From NCBI RefSeq assembly GCF_964355755.1, contig NC_092678.1, positions 8,572,422 to 8,636,421 of the forward strand: DNA of 64,000 nucleotides, read 5' to 3'. The notes under the pieces are model-generated. The model was not told where the DNA came from, did not search any database, and worked only from the letters and a program-made list of their open reading frames with translations. The position numbers and the translations under genes were made by a program. Position 1 is the first letter of the stretch; every line of letters begins with the position of its first letter. This stretch comes from Antedon mediterranea. Lineage: Eukaryota > Animalia > Echinodermata. Of this stretch, positions 48,911 through 62,013 are shown piece by piece.

Positions 48911-51470
48911 AACGTTCTCCTAGGACTGTTAGTATTAGGCTAGGCATAGCCTAGGCGTCTTGCTAGGCCTAGGATTGTTTGGTCGTTTGTTGACATAATT
49001 AACACTAAAGTAGGTGTGTTTATAAAATCCATATAAATATAACATTTAATATAATATTATTAAAAAACAAACCTTACTGTTTTAATCAATAATGAATAAT
49101 GTAGGCCTTGGCTATAGGAATACCTTTTATTTGATTCAAAAGACATGAATTTATTTAGATAAATATTTAATGTTTTATATTCGTGTAAGGTTACAAATAA
49201 TGGCATGAGGTGAATGATGAAAGGTTATATATCAACGAGGCAACGCCGAGTTGATATTTAACCTTCCACTCATAAACATTGTTTATTTGTATATTATAGC
49301 ACCTAAATAAATTCCTGTCATTTGATTGGACGATTGTGGGTCACATTGCGTGCAATAGTACGCACTATTAAACGATCGTTTAATAGTATTTTCTTCGTGT
49401 GCAAAAAAAATAAAATATTTTCGCGTTAGGAAAATATTTTTTTTATATTATTGCTTTTGAAATACAACAGCGCCACCTATTTTGTAGAATCGTTGGAAAA
49501 CATAATTAGCCTAGATAAATGAATTCCAGTTGCCTGTCGAAGTTTCGTATTTGGTATTTGCTGCCTCTCAGCCTAGCTAGTAGGCCTGGCCTGTTAGTAT
49601 TAGGCAAGGCCAGAATTGTCTGGTCGTGTGTCTATATATACTGGTTGGTGGCGTCATACAGCAAAGATCCGATTTTTTTTCTCTACACCAAACCGACTCT
49701 AAAAGGGACTAATTTCCGGCTTTTTTGGATATATTTGACGTGAAACAGCTAATAAACTAACAAAAAATCGTTATTGATTGAAGAAAACGACAACAATCTG
49801 TAATTTGTAAGTCAAAACCATTCTTCTCAAAATCTTGATCAGCTAGGCCTTCGCGCCACAAGTACATTGGTTGCCACCCACCGGTAACTAGGGACGCCAA
49901 CCAAGACGAGCCAAGTAGGCCTATTGTACGGTGGACTACGTATTGCATAGGCTTAAACTTGATTGCGATTTATTATATCTTCTACAAAGCAAACTCCAAC
50001 TCAACTAGTGCTGATTGTTATACGACCGTCTAAAATACTATTTTATATACAAAAAAGTGCTGTAACTGAGTTTTTTCTAAAGCTTTACATAATTTGAACA
50101 ACATAATCTTGATCATCAAGGTTCAAATCGAAACGCGGTCGTCCCACTTAAGCAAGCACAAACAATGTCATTGTCACCAAATGATAGCGCTGACTTGATT
50201 GAATTATTTCAATCAATGAAATCGCCCCCGGTATTATCACTGGTTTCTCCAGATCCTGTTTACAACAACTCAACGAAATCGCCTCCGATACTGTCACCGG
50301 TCTCTACCACACAAAATCCAGTTAAAAATAAACTTGAACAATATCTTGTGGAAGAAAGAGGCACAATAGAATGTATAGCAGGGTGTGATTCAACAGGAAA
50401 AAACGAAAACACAATAGCATGTACTCTTTGTTCAAAGCAGTACCACAGGACATGTGTAGACGCTTTTGAAGTTTTGAAGAATTTGTTAAAGAATCTCTTT
50501 CCAATATCATGAAATCACAAAATAACCTTGAGAGTAAATTAGCTGAATCTATTAAATTCAACGAAGAAAGAATTATTGCTCTGGAAAAGGCTCAGTCGCG
50601 ATACGAAGCTAGGCAGGCGGAATTCGTCGACGATTTGCATACAGCTCACAACACAATTGCGTCTATGCAAGCTGAGCTAAACAAGGCTGAACGCTTCTCC
50701 AGGAGAAATAACATTCGCATTGTGGAAATCGCTAAATCTGATAACGAAAACCCAATCAACATTGTTGAAGATTTCTTAGCCACTCATTTTAAAATTAAAC
50801 CGACGATTGAGAGAGCCCATCGAGACGGTCTAGGATTCTAAGGAAAGCCGCCCCATATACTCTTTAAAGTGCTATCATATGTTGACAAAGTAGAAATCCT
50901 CAAAAACCGACATAAACTCGCTAGTCCAGGTGCCTACATTATAGACGACCTAACCCGCACGGACAGGCAAGAAAAGAACAAGTGGAAGTGGAATGGAATC
51001 AAGCTTAGGTTCAGAGCCGGGAAATGGCGTTCATCAACTGGTATCCCACACGTGTTTAAGTAGTAACCTGTTTGCACAATGATAAACTCTATCCAGCTTC
51101 ATCTATCCAAGAAGAACTTTTTTTCCCTTGACTTTACATAATTATATCATTTTAAAATATGCAATATCGATTTTCCGTTAGCTGTTCATTATTACTATAT
51201 TACATCGTATTATTATATCGGGAGCTCCTGTTTTAATTTGCTCCTGCTTTAATTAACTTCTGTAAATGCACTCTTATCATATCTTGTTTTTTTGTATTGT
51301 TTATGTATTATTATTATTATTGTTATTATTTACTATATTGTTTCCTATTACCATTTACTTTATATTCAGTGATGCTTCTCAAATTGTTAAATCGCTGTCT
51401 AAATGATGTCTGAGAATTATTTTTGTCATCTCCCATTCCATGATTTTATTATAGATTCTGATACTATTAA

Positions 51471-53878
51471 AGATGTATTGTCCCCCTGAAAAAAATTTTT
51501 TTTTCAATATTTTTGTTGAATAGGCCATTTTAATTGCACATAAAAGTTATTCACTTTGACCTCAATTTGGATTGAAAAAAATAATTTTTTACACGGGAAA
51601 ATCGCAATTTAATGCAAAAATTAACCAACCGGAAGCTATTTGTCTGGAAGACAAATGTGTTCCGGTTTAATTTACCCCTTGACCTGAGTTAGCTCATAAA
51701 TATTCATATTGTATGGATACATCGTGTGGATGATGATGCTTTCCAAATCAACAGCCGGCCAACAACGATAGCAATGCATGCGTGCGCGAGAGAGTCGAGT
51801 AGTGATGCGAGACGAATCTTGAAGAAAACACGAAAACTATAGCTAGCAGAATGCTAAGTTAGAATTACAGTTGATAACTTTGATGTTGAATCTTATTCAT
51901 TTAGGTGAGTTTTTGTTTCGCTAACAGGAGAGGCCTAGCTAGGCCTAGGCCCGAATTTGCTGCTACTGTACTACTAGTCGGATTTACTACTACTACTAGC
52001 ACTGACAGTCTCGAGTAGCCTAAACTGCTGCCTACTTCTGTCTCTAGAAGTAGAGTGTAGTAGGCCTAGGCAGTACACTGCTAGCTAGGGCTACAGTAGA
52101 CCACCACCAGAAGGGATGTATTTTTGTTTTAATCATGATGAATTGGTTTAATTTTTAAAGATTTCAACTATCTATTCAGCAGTGAAAATAAAAAAAAAAA
52201 GAAAATCTAAATATTGTTTTGGATGTTTTACTGATGCAATATTTTAAAAATATTTTCTGTATCAAATGCAATAGGTTCAAATTAACATTTTATGCAGATA
52301 TTTTGACACAAATTTCTTTTTTTTTTAGGTTGATTGATTGAACAATAAGAGCAAGTAGTGAGAAACATAAAATGTATCGTACAGTGGCAACATTCACAAT
52401 TTATTGAAACGTTTCTTACTATTAAAATGACACTTTGTAATGGATGTGAGCGATCTTAGAAGACTATAGCTGTCGTAATTACTGCCACAATCAACACATT
52501 GATAATTAGTAGACAAATTGACACAAAAAACAATACAGGAATTCAATAAGATATACTGTATATATATATTTTATTAACTCCTTTTGCACTGTAATATTTA
52601 CAGTAAAATTATGAAGTGCAAGTAAATTTGAAGAATTTATCCTTTGTACTGTTGTAGTAGTTTTTTATTATTTATTGAATGTTATGTTTACAAAATAATA
52701 TACTGTACATATAATACAAAAAAATATACAATATTTTACAAGCTGGACAAGAACATATTGGCCGAATGCAGCAGGAGAGTCAGAAATATTTTTCCTGCAA
52801 TATCCATTCATATTCCAATACCGAGTCTATCATTGTTGTCTTTGGGTGACCTCTGTTCCAGTCTTCATCAGCTCAACGTCTTTAAAAAAAGTAAAAGCAA
52901 AGTATGAAAATCTGGAAAAAATAGATCATGCATATAATTTAGTGCAAAATTGGGCTAGTGAAATTGCTTACTTTGACATAGTCAAATAAGTATACTACCT
53001 TTCTATGGTAATTAAAACACATTACTTATAATGTTATAACTTATAAAAAGAGAAAATAAATATTTGACTTACTACAGTACAGAGAACATTTGTTTGTGTT
53101 GTAAAATGGCTAAGCTGGCTTTTCCCCTCTGTCTACTTGTACAGTGCTGCTGTAAGGTTCTCAATTTCAGGCTTGTATTGCAACCATTTTCCCTGAAAAA
53201 TGTTTGTTTTATTTTTATCATAAAAATTAGTTAAACTGTAAATATATATGGTACAGCAAGCTGGCTGTATTTTCGGAATGTAGCTAAGATTGATGGCATA
53301 TAGCCTAGGCCAGTCTATGAAGAGTACAATGTATAGGGCCTAGCTGGGCATCTTCTGCAGGGACCCGATTGTCACAGTCTGCTTGCTACTAGCCTAGTAA
53401 TATGCAGCAGCATGTATTAATTATTCTAGGCCTAGTTAATTAATTTACCTTCCTGTTATTATTGCGTTATATATATTATTATATTTAAAATAACCGTCTA
53501 GGCCTACTTACCGACAAATTAACAGCTCAGCTTTACATATTTATACGATCAGGCCAGGGAAACCCACAGTCGCGTCGATCTCTGGTGGTGTTGTTGTACA
53601 TACAACGTGCATCGTCCATTGTTAGATCAGATCTCTGCTGTGTGGATGCTCATTAACATATCATGCATATGTATGAGTTAGCTCTACCGGCCTAATTTCT
53701 GAGCCGATGAGTTCGAAAAAATGGTAAACTTATTTTGATTTTTTTATAAGCGAAATCAATATTTTTTTCGGATTTTTTTTCGGTGGAAGTGAATAACTTT
53801 ATGTTAACTACAAAACGGTCTATTCAAAATTTGATTTTTTTCATCTTTATTTTTCATTTTTTGGGGGACAATACATCT
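51471..53878. mobile_element. TTAA-targeting (Kolobok-like) non-autonomous DNA transposon inserted in the 5' end of LINE ORF2
   Basis: Perfect 16-bp TIR agatgtattgtccccc / gggggacaatacatct with TTAA on both sides. Excision restores the LINE reading frame (..DSDTIN|HSDISN..). Confidence 0.85.
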
Positions 53879-54177
53879 TTAACCATAGTGATATATCTAA
53901 CATTATTATAAACCCCCTTGCTCATACTGAATATGATAAATTTGATGAACATTCCGAGCCTCTTGCCAACCAATTAAATTCTAGAAATTCGACACTCGAG
54001 GATTGTATATACTATGACACTAATCATTTTAATACCACTTTTAGAAATGTTTCAAATTCCCTAATTTCTCTCTTTCATATTAACATTAGAAGCGTTACAA
54101 ATAAAACTGATTCCCTTGAACAATTTTTAAATTCAATTAATTTAAAATTTTCTATTATTGGTCTCTCTGAGACGTGG

Positions 54178-56871
54178 TTGAATGACACGTCACCTACTCC
54201 CTTCTTGCATAATTATTCATTTATATCTAAAAATAGGCAATCTGGTAAAGTAAAAAACGATCTTAATGTTAGAGTCCGTCTTGATCTATCGATTTCTCAA
54301 CCATATGATTCCCTTTTTCTAGAAATAGTACATCCTAATAAAAAAAATACAATCGTTGTTGTAATTTACCGTCCTCCAGATGGTAATATTGATCATTTCT
54401 CCAAATCCTTCGATGAACTCTTAAATAAAATAAATTCTGAACATAAACCCTGTCATATCATGGGCGATATAAATATTGATATCATAAAATATCAAAATCA
54501 TATTCAAACTAATAATTATATTGATATGTTACTTTTTCGCTCATTTTATCCAACAATTTCAAAACCTACTCGAATCACACCGACTACCGCCACCTTGATT
54601 GACCATTTTTACACCAATATTATTGATACAAAAATACATTCTGGTGTATTTATTTTTGATATATCCGACCACCTTCCTATCTTTCATATAGTAGATGAAA
54701 AATTATACCATACTGACACCGACAATGTACCATCTCGTATAATAGATATTGATGCTTTGTGTGGTGATTTGGTTGAGGAAAATTGGTCTGAGGTTTACGA
54801 TTGTGACCAACCCGTATCTTTTGATAAATTTCTTAACACATTCTATAAAATTCATAATAAACATATTAAAAATAAATATAATGTATCAAATAAAATGAAA
54901 GCAAAACAGTCTTGGATGACACCTGGCTTAATTAAAAGTAGCAAAAAGAAACAAAAACTTTATAAAAAATATATTTATTCTCATGATATTCAACATAAAA
55001 GTATATACAAAAATTATAAAAATATGTACACTAAACTCTGTCGAACCGCCAAAAGAATGCATTATATATCAACATTTCAAAATGTAAAATGTAACCTTAA
55101 AAAGACCTGGGCTATAATAAATTCTGTATTAAGACCAGAAAATCAAAACAATTTCCCATCCCTCATAAATAACGGTTTTGAAACAATTACATCAACTAAA
55201 GAAATATGCGATTCATTTAATAAGTACTTTTCAACAGTTGGTTCAAATTTAAATAATTCTATGCCTGACCCTCATATTGACCCAATCTCATATTTACCAA
55301 ATCCAATTTCTCAATCCTTTTTTATAAATCCTGTTACAAAAGAAGAAATAATAATTATTGTCAACAATTTAAATCCAAATAAAGGATCTGGTGACGATAA
55401 TATCACTTCACGTACAATCAAACAAATACTGCCGTACATAATTGACCACCTTACCTACTCTATAAACTGTTCATTCTCATCTGGTGTATTTCCAAATTTA
55501 TTAAAAATAGCTAAAGTTTTCCCAATCTTTAAGAAAGGTGACAAGGGCCAAGTTAAAAATTACAGGCCTATCTCCCTTCTTAGTGCTTTTTCCAAGATCT
55601 TAGAAAAACTCATGCACCAGCGACTCTATGATTACCTTACTAAATTCAACATTCTTTATACTCACCAATATGGCTTCCGTCATAACCATTCCACATCCCA
55701 TGCAATTCTGGATCTTGTTAACAACATCACCTCATCTCTTGACAATAAACAATTTTTACTCTCTGTTTTTATAGACTTGTCAAAAGCTTTTGATGTCATT
55801 AATCATAAAATTCTTCTTGGTAAATTATTTAATTATGGCATTAGAGGAATTGCATTAAACTGGTTTGAAAGTTATTTAGTAAACCGTAAACAGTATGTTG
55901 CGTTAGGCTCATTTAAATCATCAGTGGAGGCTGTAAATTGCGGAGTGCCTCAAGGGTCGGTTTTAGGACCACTACTATTTTTAATTTATGTAAATGATCT
56001 TTCTAGATCAAGTGACACTCTGAAAGTCATATCCTTTGCTGATGATACTACGATTTTGTATTCTCATTCTGATATCAATGTCTTATATAACACCGTCAAC
56101 ACTGAACTAAATAAAATGACTGACTGGTTCATCTCAAATAAGCTTATTGTTAATGTACAGAAAACTAATTACATTTTATTTCGTACTCAACAAAGACAAA
56201 TTGATTTCTCTAATCTTAATATTTACATTAACAATAATATTATTGAACGTAAACCCGAAGTACTATTCCTCGGAGTTTATCTACATGAATACTTGAGATG
56301 GACCAGTCATCAAGCGTATGTATCTAAAAAGATATCTAAAGTAATTGGCATCCTTTGTAAATTAAGACACTTTTTTCCACAACATATCTTACTCTTGTTA
56401 TATAACACCCTTATACAACCTCATCTTCTTTATTGCAACATTATTTGGGCAGCCGACTACCCATCAAATTTAGAAAAACTTAATAAACAAATTAAACGTG
56501 CTGCCCGTATTATTACTTTCTCTCACTATCTCGCCCCTTCCCAACCTTTACTTAAAAAACTCAATATTCTTAGTCTACATGATCTATTTACAACACAAAT
56601 TGCTTCCTTTATTTTTCAATTCTTTAATACCAAACTCCCTGTGACAATGTCTAATCTATTAAGTCATACAAAATCACACAAGTACTATTTACGTATCGAC
56701 AATAAATTTCAGCATCTTGATGTACCTCCTTTTAGACTGAAAATTTCCGAATATTTTGTTTCTGTTTCAGGACCGCGAATCTGGAATGATCTTGATGATA
56801 AACTAAAGCATTTTAAATCTCTTTATACTTTTCGTAAAAATTTTAAAAAATATCTTATTTCTTTATACTAA
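54178..56871 (+). CDS. LINE ORF2 (endonuclease-reverse transcriptase), open portion
   Basis: YRPP, GDINID, SDHLP, NYRPISLL, DLSKAFD, FADDT motifs. Confidence 0.85.
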   Translation: MNDTSPTPFLHNYSFISKNRQSGKVKNDLNVRVRLDLSISQPYDSLFLEIVHPNKKNTIVVVIYRPPDGNIDHFSKSFDELLNKINSEHKPCHIMGDINIDIIKYQNHIQTNNYIDMLLFRSFYPTISKPTRITPTTATLIDHFYTNIIDTKIHSGVFIFDISDHLPIFHIVDEKLYHTDTDNVPSRIIDIDALCGDLVEENWSEVYDCDQPVSFDKFLNTFYKIHNKHIKNKYNVSNKMKAKQSWMTPGLIKSSKKKQKLYKKYIYSHDIQHKSIYKNYKNMYTKLCRTAKRMHYISTFQNVKCNLKKTWAIINSVLRPENQNNFPSLINNGFETITSTKEICDSFNKYFSTVGSNLNNSMPDPHIDPISYLPNPISQSFFINPVTKEEIIIIVNNLNPNKGSGDDNITSRTIKQILPYIIDHLTYSINCSFSSGVFPNLLKIAKVFPIFKKGDKGQVKNYRPISLLSAFSKILEKLMHQRLYDYLTKFNILYTHQYGFRHNHSTSHAILDLVNNITSSLDNKQFLLSVFIDLSKAFDVINHKILLGKLFNYGIRGIALNWFESYLVNRKQYVALGSFKSSVEAVNCGVPQGSVLGPLLFLIYVNDLSRSSDTLKVISFADDTTILYSHSDINVLYNTVNTELNKMTDWFISNKLIVNVQKTNYILFRTQQRQIDFSNLNIYINNNIIERKPEVLFLGVYLHEYLRWTSHQAYVSKKISKVIGILCKLRHFFPQHILLLLYNTLIQPHLLYCNIIWAADYPSNLEKLNKQIKRAARIITFSHYLAPSQPLLKKLNILSLHDLFTTQIASFIFQFFNTKLPVTMSNLLSHTKSHKYYLRIDNKFQHLDVPPFRLKISEYFVSVSGPRIWNDLDDKLKHFKSLYTFRKNFKKYLISLY

Positions 56872-57139
56872 TTTTAATATTATGATTGTAGTACACTGAA
56901 AGTATTTTTAATTCATCGTTTTTGTTTTTATTTATTATTTTATGTAGTAAATTGTATTAGTTTAAATGTATGTGTATTGTTTGTGGGGTCTTTCTCGAGA
57001 CAAGAAACTTGTTTTCTTCTAGAGAAGACCCCAAATGATGGCTTATTACTATGTTTTCACTTATGTACACACCTATAATTATATTATTGTATAATGCCAT
57101 TGTTGAATAAATAAATGTTTTTTGAACTTGAACTTGAAC

Positions 57140-60100
57140 GCAAAAGGAAAAAAAGGATATGCTTAGTGTGCAAACGTATTCCTAGCATACTATCAACTCT
57201 AACAGAGACTATCTTAGTATTTGACCAACGTCTAAGATATGTTGATGAAAGGCTGGCCAAAAAGAAACCTGATTCAACCAATGAAGTGACCAAGACCCAG
57301 GAAAAAAAACAACTTCTCATAAACAGTGAGTCAATAAAAAAAGAAATAGAATGTCTGCGACATGAACTAAAAGAAAGGAACAACATCCTCATTGAAAACA
57401 CCAAACTAAAGGCTAAAATAAAACTCCTAAGACAGGAGCTAAAGTACACAGAAAACAACATACAACCCAACGCTACCGGCCTACAAGAAATAAGGGTAGA
57501 AATGGAAAAAATGAAAGAAAAAATCAATAAAACAGAAAGAGAAAACAAACTAACAGCTAATGCTTTCATAGATGTCAAGCGAAGCAACGATATGATCCTG
57601 CAGAAAGATAAGCAAAAAACAAATCTCCAGGACAAACTACAGACAGCAATACACGAAACAGAAAAAGCAAGGGAGATAGCGTACGAAACAAAACGAACCC
57701 AGGTAGCCATCGACGCATCAGACTTCCAAACTGTTAACTCAAAAAAAGACAGTCAGAAATTGTCGTATGCAGAAAGTCTAATGAAACATAATGACACACA
57801 TCGAGCCTACGAAAGCAAGAAACCATCTGTATTACTATTAGGAAATTCGCACTTTAAAAAAGTCGAAGCAAGTCGTATTTTACCAAAAGCAGATGTATGC
57901 ATTACACACGCATACACTAATGACCAAATTGGAAATGCACTCGATGAAATCCACAAAACACTTGACTGTATAGTAATCCACGAAATAACTAACTCTGTAA
58001 AGGAATCAGCTCCAGAAAAGTGCGCAGAAACGCTATACAACACAGTCAGTGAGTATGCCACAAAACATCCAGACACTAAATGTTTGATATCATTTGGCTT
58101 ACCACGAGCAGGCCCACTAGCAAACTCATGTATAAAGCACAAGATACGCACAGACAAAATACCAAACCTAACATTCTGCGACAATAGCAACTTCTTACGA
58201 AACGGCGAGCTGGTCGACACTCTTCTAGCACCTGATGGATACCATCTATCAGATGGAGGCACCAGCCTATTGGCCAGTAACGTCAGATACAAAGTTGAAA
58301 ACGTTCTAGGTCTATCTCGCAGAAAAGCTAACACAGGAAGAGGTAGACCACGTTACCACAAATTTCAACAATTGTAAGGTAACACAAATTCAGAAAGTTA
58401 TTGTAACTGAAATTAAGCAGTATACATAAGCATAGTATTATAAATTATATTAATTAAAATAGTTTTTTATAGACAAATACAATCAATAAACATACAAAAT
58501 CAAAGCATGGATAACAATAAAAATAACGGTGATGAAAACGAAATATCAAATCCAATGGATATACTATTTAATCCAATATCTATTGATAATGGTAATAATG
58601 ACCATGACGAATTCATTGAATATAGTCTCAGAAACAAGCTAAATGCTATTGAGACATGTTCTTATATGAGTCCATATGACTTGAATGAATCTGTGAAGAA
58701 ATTAAAAAATATTGGCTACTCATTCCTTCACTATAATATTCGAAGTATCAATAAACACATTGATAAACTAACTACATACCTAAACTTAATCAACCACCTC
58801 TTTACAGTTATAGGTATATCGGAAACATGGTTAAACAATACGTCGTGCAAACCATATTTACCGAGCTATGACTTCCTCGCATTAGATAAGAAGAACCGTA
58901 AAGGAGGGGGAGTTGGTATGTTTGTTTCTGCTACAATTGACATAAAAGAAAGAAAAGATCTATGTATTGAATCTTGTGAATGTATTTTTATTGAAATAAT
59001 TGAAAAAAAATTTAACAATACGATTGTTGGTATAATATATAGACCTCCCGATTCGAATATAGAACTTTTTAATAGATCACTAGACGATAATAATACTATT
59101 GATATCGAGAGAAAATCATGCCACATTATGGGTGATTTTAACATTAATTTACTTAAGCATGCATCGACTGATTTTGTAAATAATTTTCTAGAAGTAATTA
59201 TGTCGCATTCCTTTTACCCATCGATTTCAAGACCCACTAGAATACAAAACAACACATCTTCATTAATTGATAACATTTTCTCCAATACACTTTCTGAACA
59301 AATGTTATCTGGTATACTAATCTCAGACATATCTGATCATTTACCGGTATACCAAATTATCCACTCCGTGCCCGACAAACATATTAAAGTAAAAATCGGT
59401 AATATAGAACCTCATAAATATGCAATAAACGAAAGAAATATAAATAAACTATATAATGACTTATTACCTGTTGATTGGGCTGATGTATATGTAAGGACAA
59501 ACCCTGATGATGCTTACAATGCTTTTATCAACACTTTCAAAAAATTATATAATAAAAACTTTAAAAAAAAAGAAAAAGTTCAAGAAAATTACAAAAAGTA
59601 TAAAAAGTTCAAACAACCATGGATGAGCTCAAGACTATTAAAGTCTAGCAAAAGAAAACGTGTGTTGTACAAAAAATTTATAAAACATCCCTCGTCTAAA
59701 AATAAGGATATTTATAAAGAGTTTAATAAGTCATTTATGCGTACCTGCAAAAATGCAAAGAAATCATATTATGAAAATGTTTTTAACAATACTAAAGGAA
59801 ATAAAAAAAAAACATGGAATATTATAAATGATATTATAAATCCAGGTGGAGGCAAAAATAATGTTCCATCCACGTTTACATCTGATGACAAACTCATAGA
59901 GGGTTGTGAGCCTATTGCAAACCACATTAACGATTATTTTATTAATGTTGGTCTCAAGGTACGAGACAGTATTGAGCCATCAACGGCACAATACTCTGAT
60001 TACCTGCTAAACAGGCAAAGTAACTCTATGTTTTTCTACCATGTAAATGAGGAGGAAGTGTTAAAAGTGATTCAATCACTTGATGCAAACAAAACACCTG

Positions 60101-62013
60101 GTTTTGATGATATTTCACCAAAGGTAGTCAAGGCAGTTGGTGATGCTATTGTAAAGCCCTTGACTTACATATTTAACGTATCTCTTCACTCCGGCTTAAT
60201 ACCGGAACAGATAAAAATTGCAAAAGTAATTCCCATATACAAAAAAGGGGACCGTCATTTAGCCTCGAATTATCGCCCGATATCACTACTACCAATTTTC
60301 TCTAAAATCTTTGAAAAGATAGTCCATTCCAGATTGTATAATTACTTTAAAACTTACAATATACTAAATGATTGGCAATACGGTTTCCAAAACAATCATT
60401 CAACCTCCCACGCTATAATTGATCTGATCCACAAAATACTAAAGGCATTTGAAAACAAAAAGTTCGTAATTGCCACATTTATGGATTTGTCAAAGGCATT
60501 TGATATTATTGACCACAGTATATTACTGAACAAGCTATTCCACTATGGTATAAGAGGTGTTACACTAAAATGGTTCAGTAACTATTTAAAATCACGAAAG
60601 CAATATGTTTTTATAAATGGTACTTCGTCTAATATTAAGGAGACTAGTATTGGTGTTCCACAAGGGTCCGTTTTGGGACCATTGTTGTTTCTTGTATATG
60701 TAAACGATATATGTAACTCAAGTACACAAATTGAATTAATTAGCTTTGCCGATTATACAACAGGATTCAAGTGTGGAAATAACCTGAACGCATTGGCAAA
60801 CACTATGAATGTTGAACTAGATAGAATTAATATGTGGTTCAAAGCTAATAAACTTTTATTAAACACCAGCAAAACAAATTACGTAATCTTTAAAACTGCC
60901 CAAATGCGTATTATTACAACCAACATTGAATTGAAAATGATTAACATTACTATACAACAACAAAAAAATTAACATTTCTTGGGGTTGTAATAAATGAGAA
61001 CCTTTGCTGGAAAAATCATATAAGGCTTATTAGCAAAAAAACCGCTAGGTCTATTGGAATATTGATAAAAACTAGACATTTTTTTCCTAATTATATTTTA
61101 ACAAATTTGTATAATACATTAATTCTACCGCACCTTCAGTATGGAAACATTATTTGGGGCAGTACATATGATAGTACACTAGAATCCCTTCTTAAACTCC
61201 AGAAAAGGGCTGCTAGAATTATTTTATTTAAAAAGCCATGGCAACATTCTGAGCCACTGTTTAAGCAATTAAATATACTTAACATACAATATATCAACAG
61301 AGTTACCGTCCTAGGTTTCATGGCCCAGATTAAAAGTAATGTTTTACCCAGACGAATCCAAATGATATTCAAAAGAAACGAAAATACTACCCATAATCTT
61401 CGAAATATTTGTAGCGTAAAACAACCATACTCTAGGTTAACGTCTGGTCAACATTTTATCAGTATTCACGGACCGAAACTATGGAACGAGCTCTGTAGAA
61501 ATCACTTAGATATTTTTAACAAAAATTATAAAATACTAAAAAAATATGTAAAAAGAGACATTTTATCGAATTACAGAACTTAAAATGCTTCACTCATAAA
61601 ATATAGATGCATATATTATGCATTTGTGTTGGTGTGTGCGAGTATACACACATAGCCTGTTTTATATTATATGTATTCATACTTTTGCTATAATATATAT
61701 AGAAAGAATCCACATGTACTGGAAGTAATAAACTGAATATCTTCTTTTTTAAGACAAAATGTATAAATAATCATGTTAGAAAAACAGTATCGCTTTTTGA
61801 TGATGAACAACTCTAAAATGTATATAGGAAATGTTTTTTATTTTATTTTGTATCTATTAAGTTGTGTTTATTGTTTTATGTTTTTTTTTATGTAAAAGCT
61901 GCGAAAACAGAAGTGTAAACTTCTCTATGCAGGATCCTTGCCATCATTTATGCTATGAAACTGTATTTATAAACGATGAGTAAATAAATGTGAATTGAAT
62001 TGAATTGAATTGA
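57140..62013 (+). mobile_element. Second CR1/L2-group LINE: ORF1 with coiled coil + SGNH-esterase-like domain; ORF2 APE + RT, inactivated; (tgaat)n tail
   Basis: ORF1 to 58377 has LLLGNSH, IVIHEITN and DGYHLS. ORF2 spans 58507-61583 with catalytic FADD mutated to FADY and a frameshift at ~60965. Tail aataaatgtgaattgaattgaat. Confidence 0.9.

Larger units (their letters stand above)
49845..57139 (+). mobile_element. Near-full-length CR1/L2-group LINE: ORF1 (PHD-like, coiled coil, RRM-type) and ORF2 (APE + RT), (ttgaac)n tail
   Basis: ORF1 fragments at 50165-51063: C..C..IACTLC..YHRTC, SRRNNIRIV, IERAHR, YIIDDLT. ORF2 starts at ATG 51403 (MMSENYFCHLPF), is interrupted at 51470, and resumes at ~53883 to 56871 (HINIRS, GLSETW, GVPQGSVLGPLLF, FADD). 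Ends with aataaa plus ttgaac repeats. The 5' end is approximate. Confidence 0.9.

Noticed and set aside
57115-57139. ATG at 57115 as the true start of the 420-aa ORF
   Set aside because: MFFELELE is the translated (ttgaac)n tail of the upstream LINE fused by chance to the truncated ORF1.
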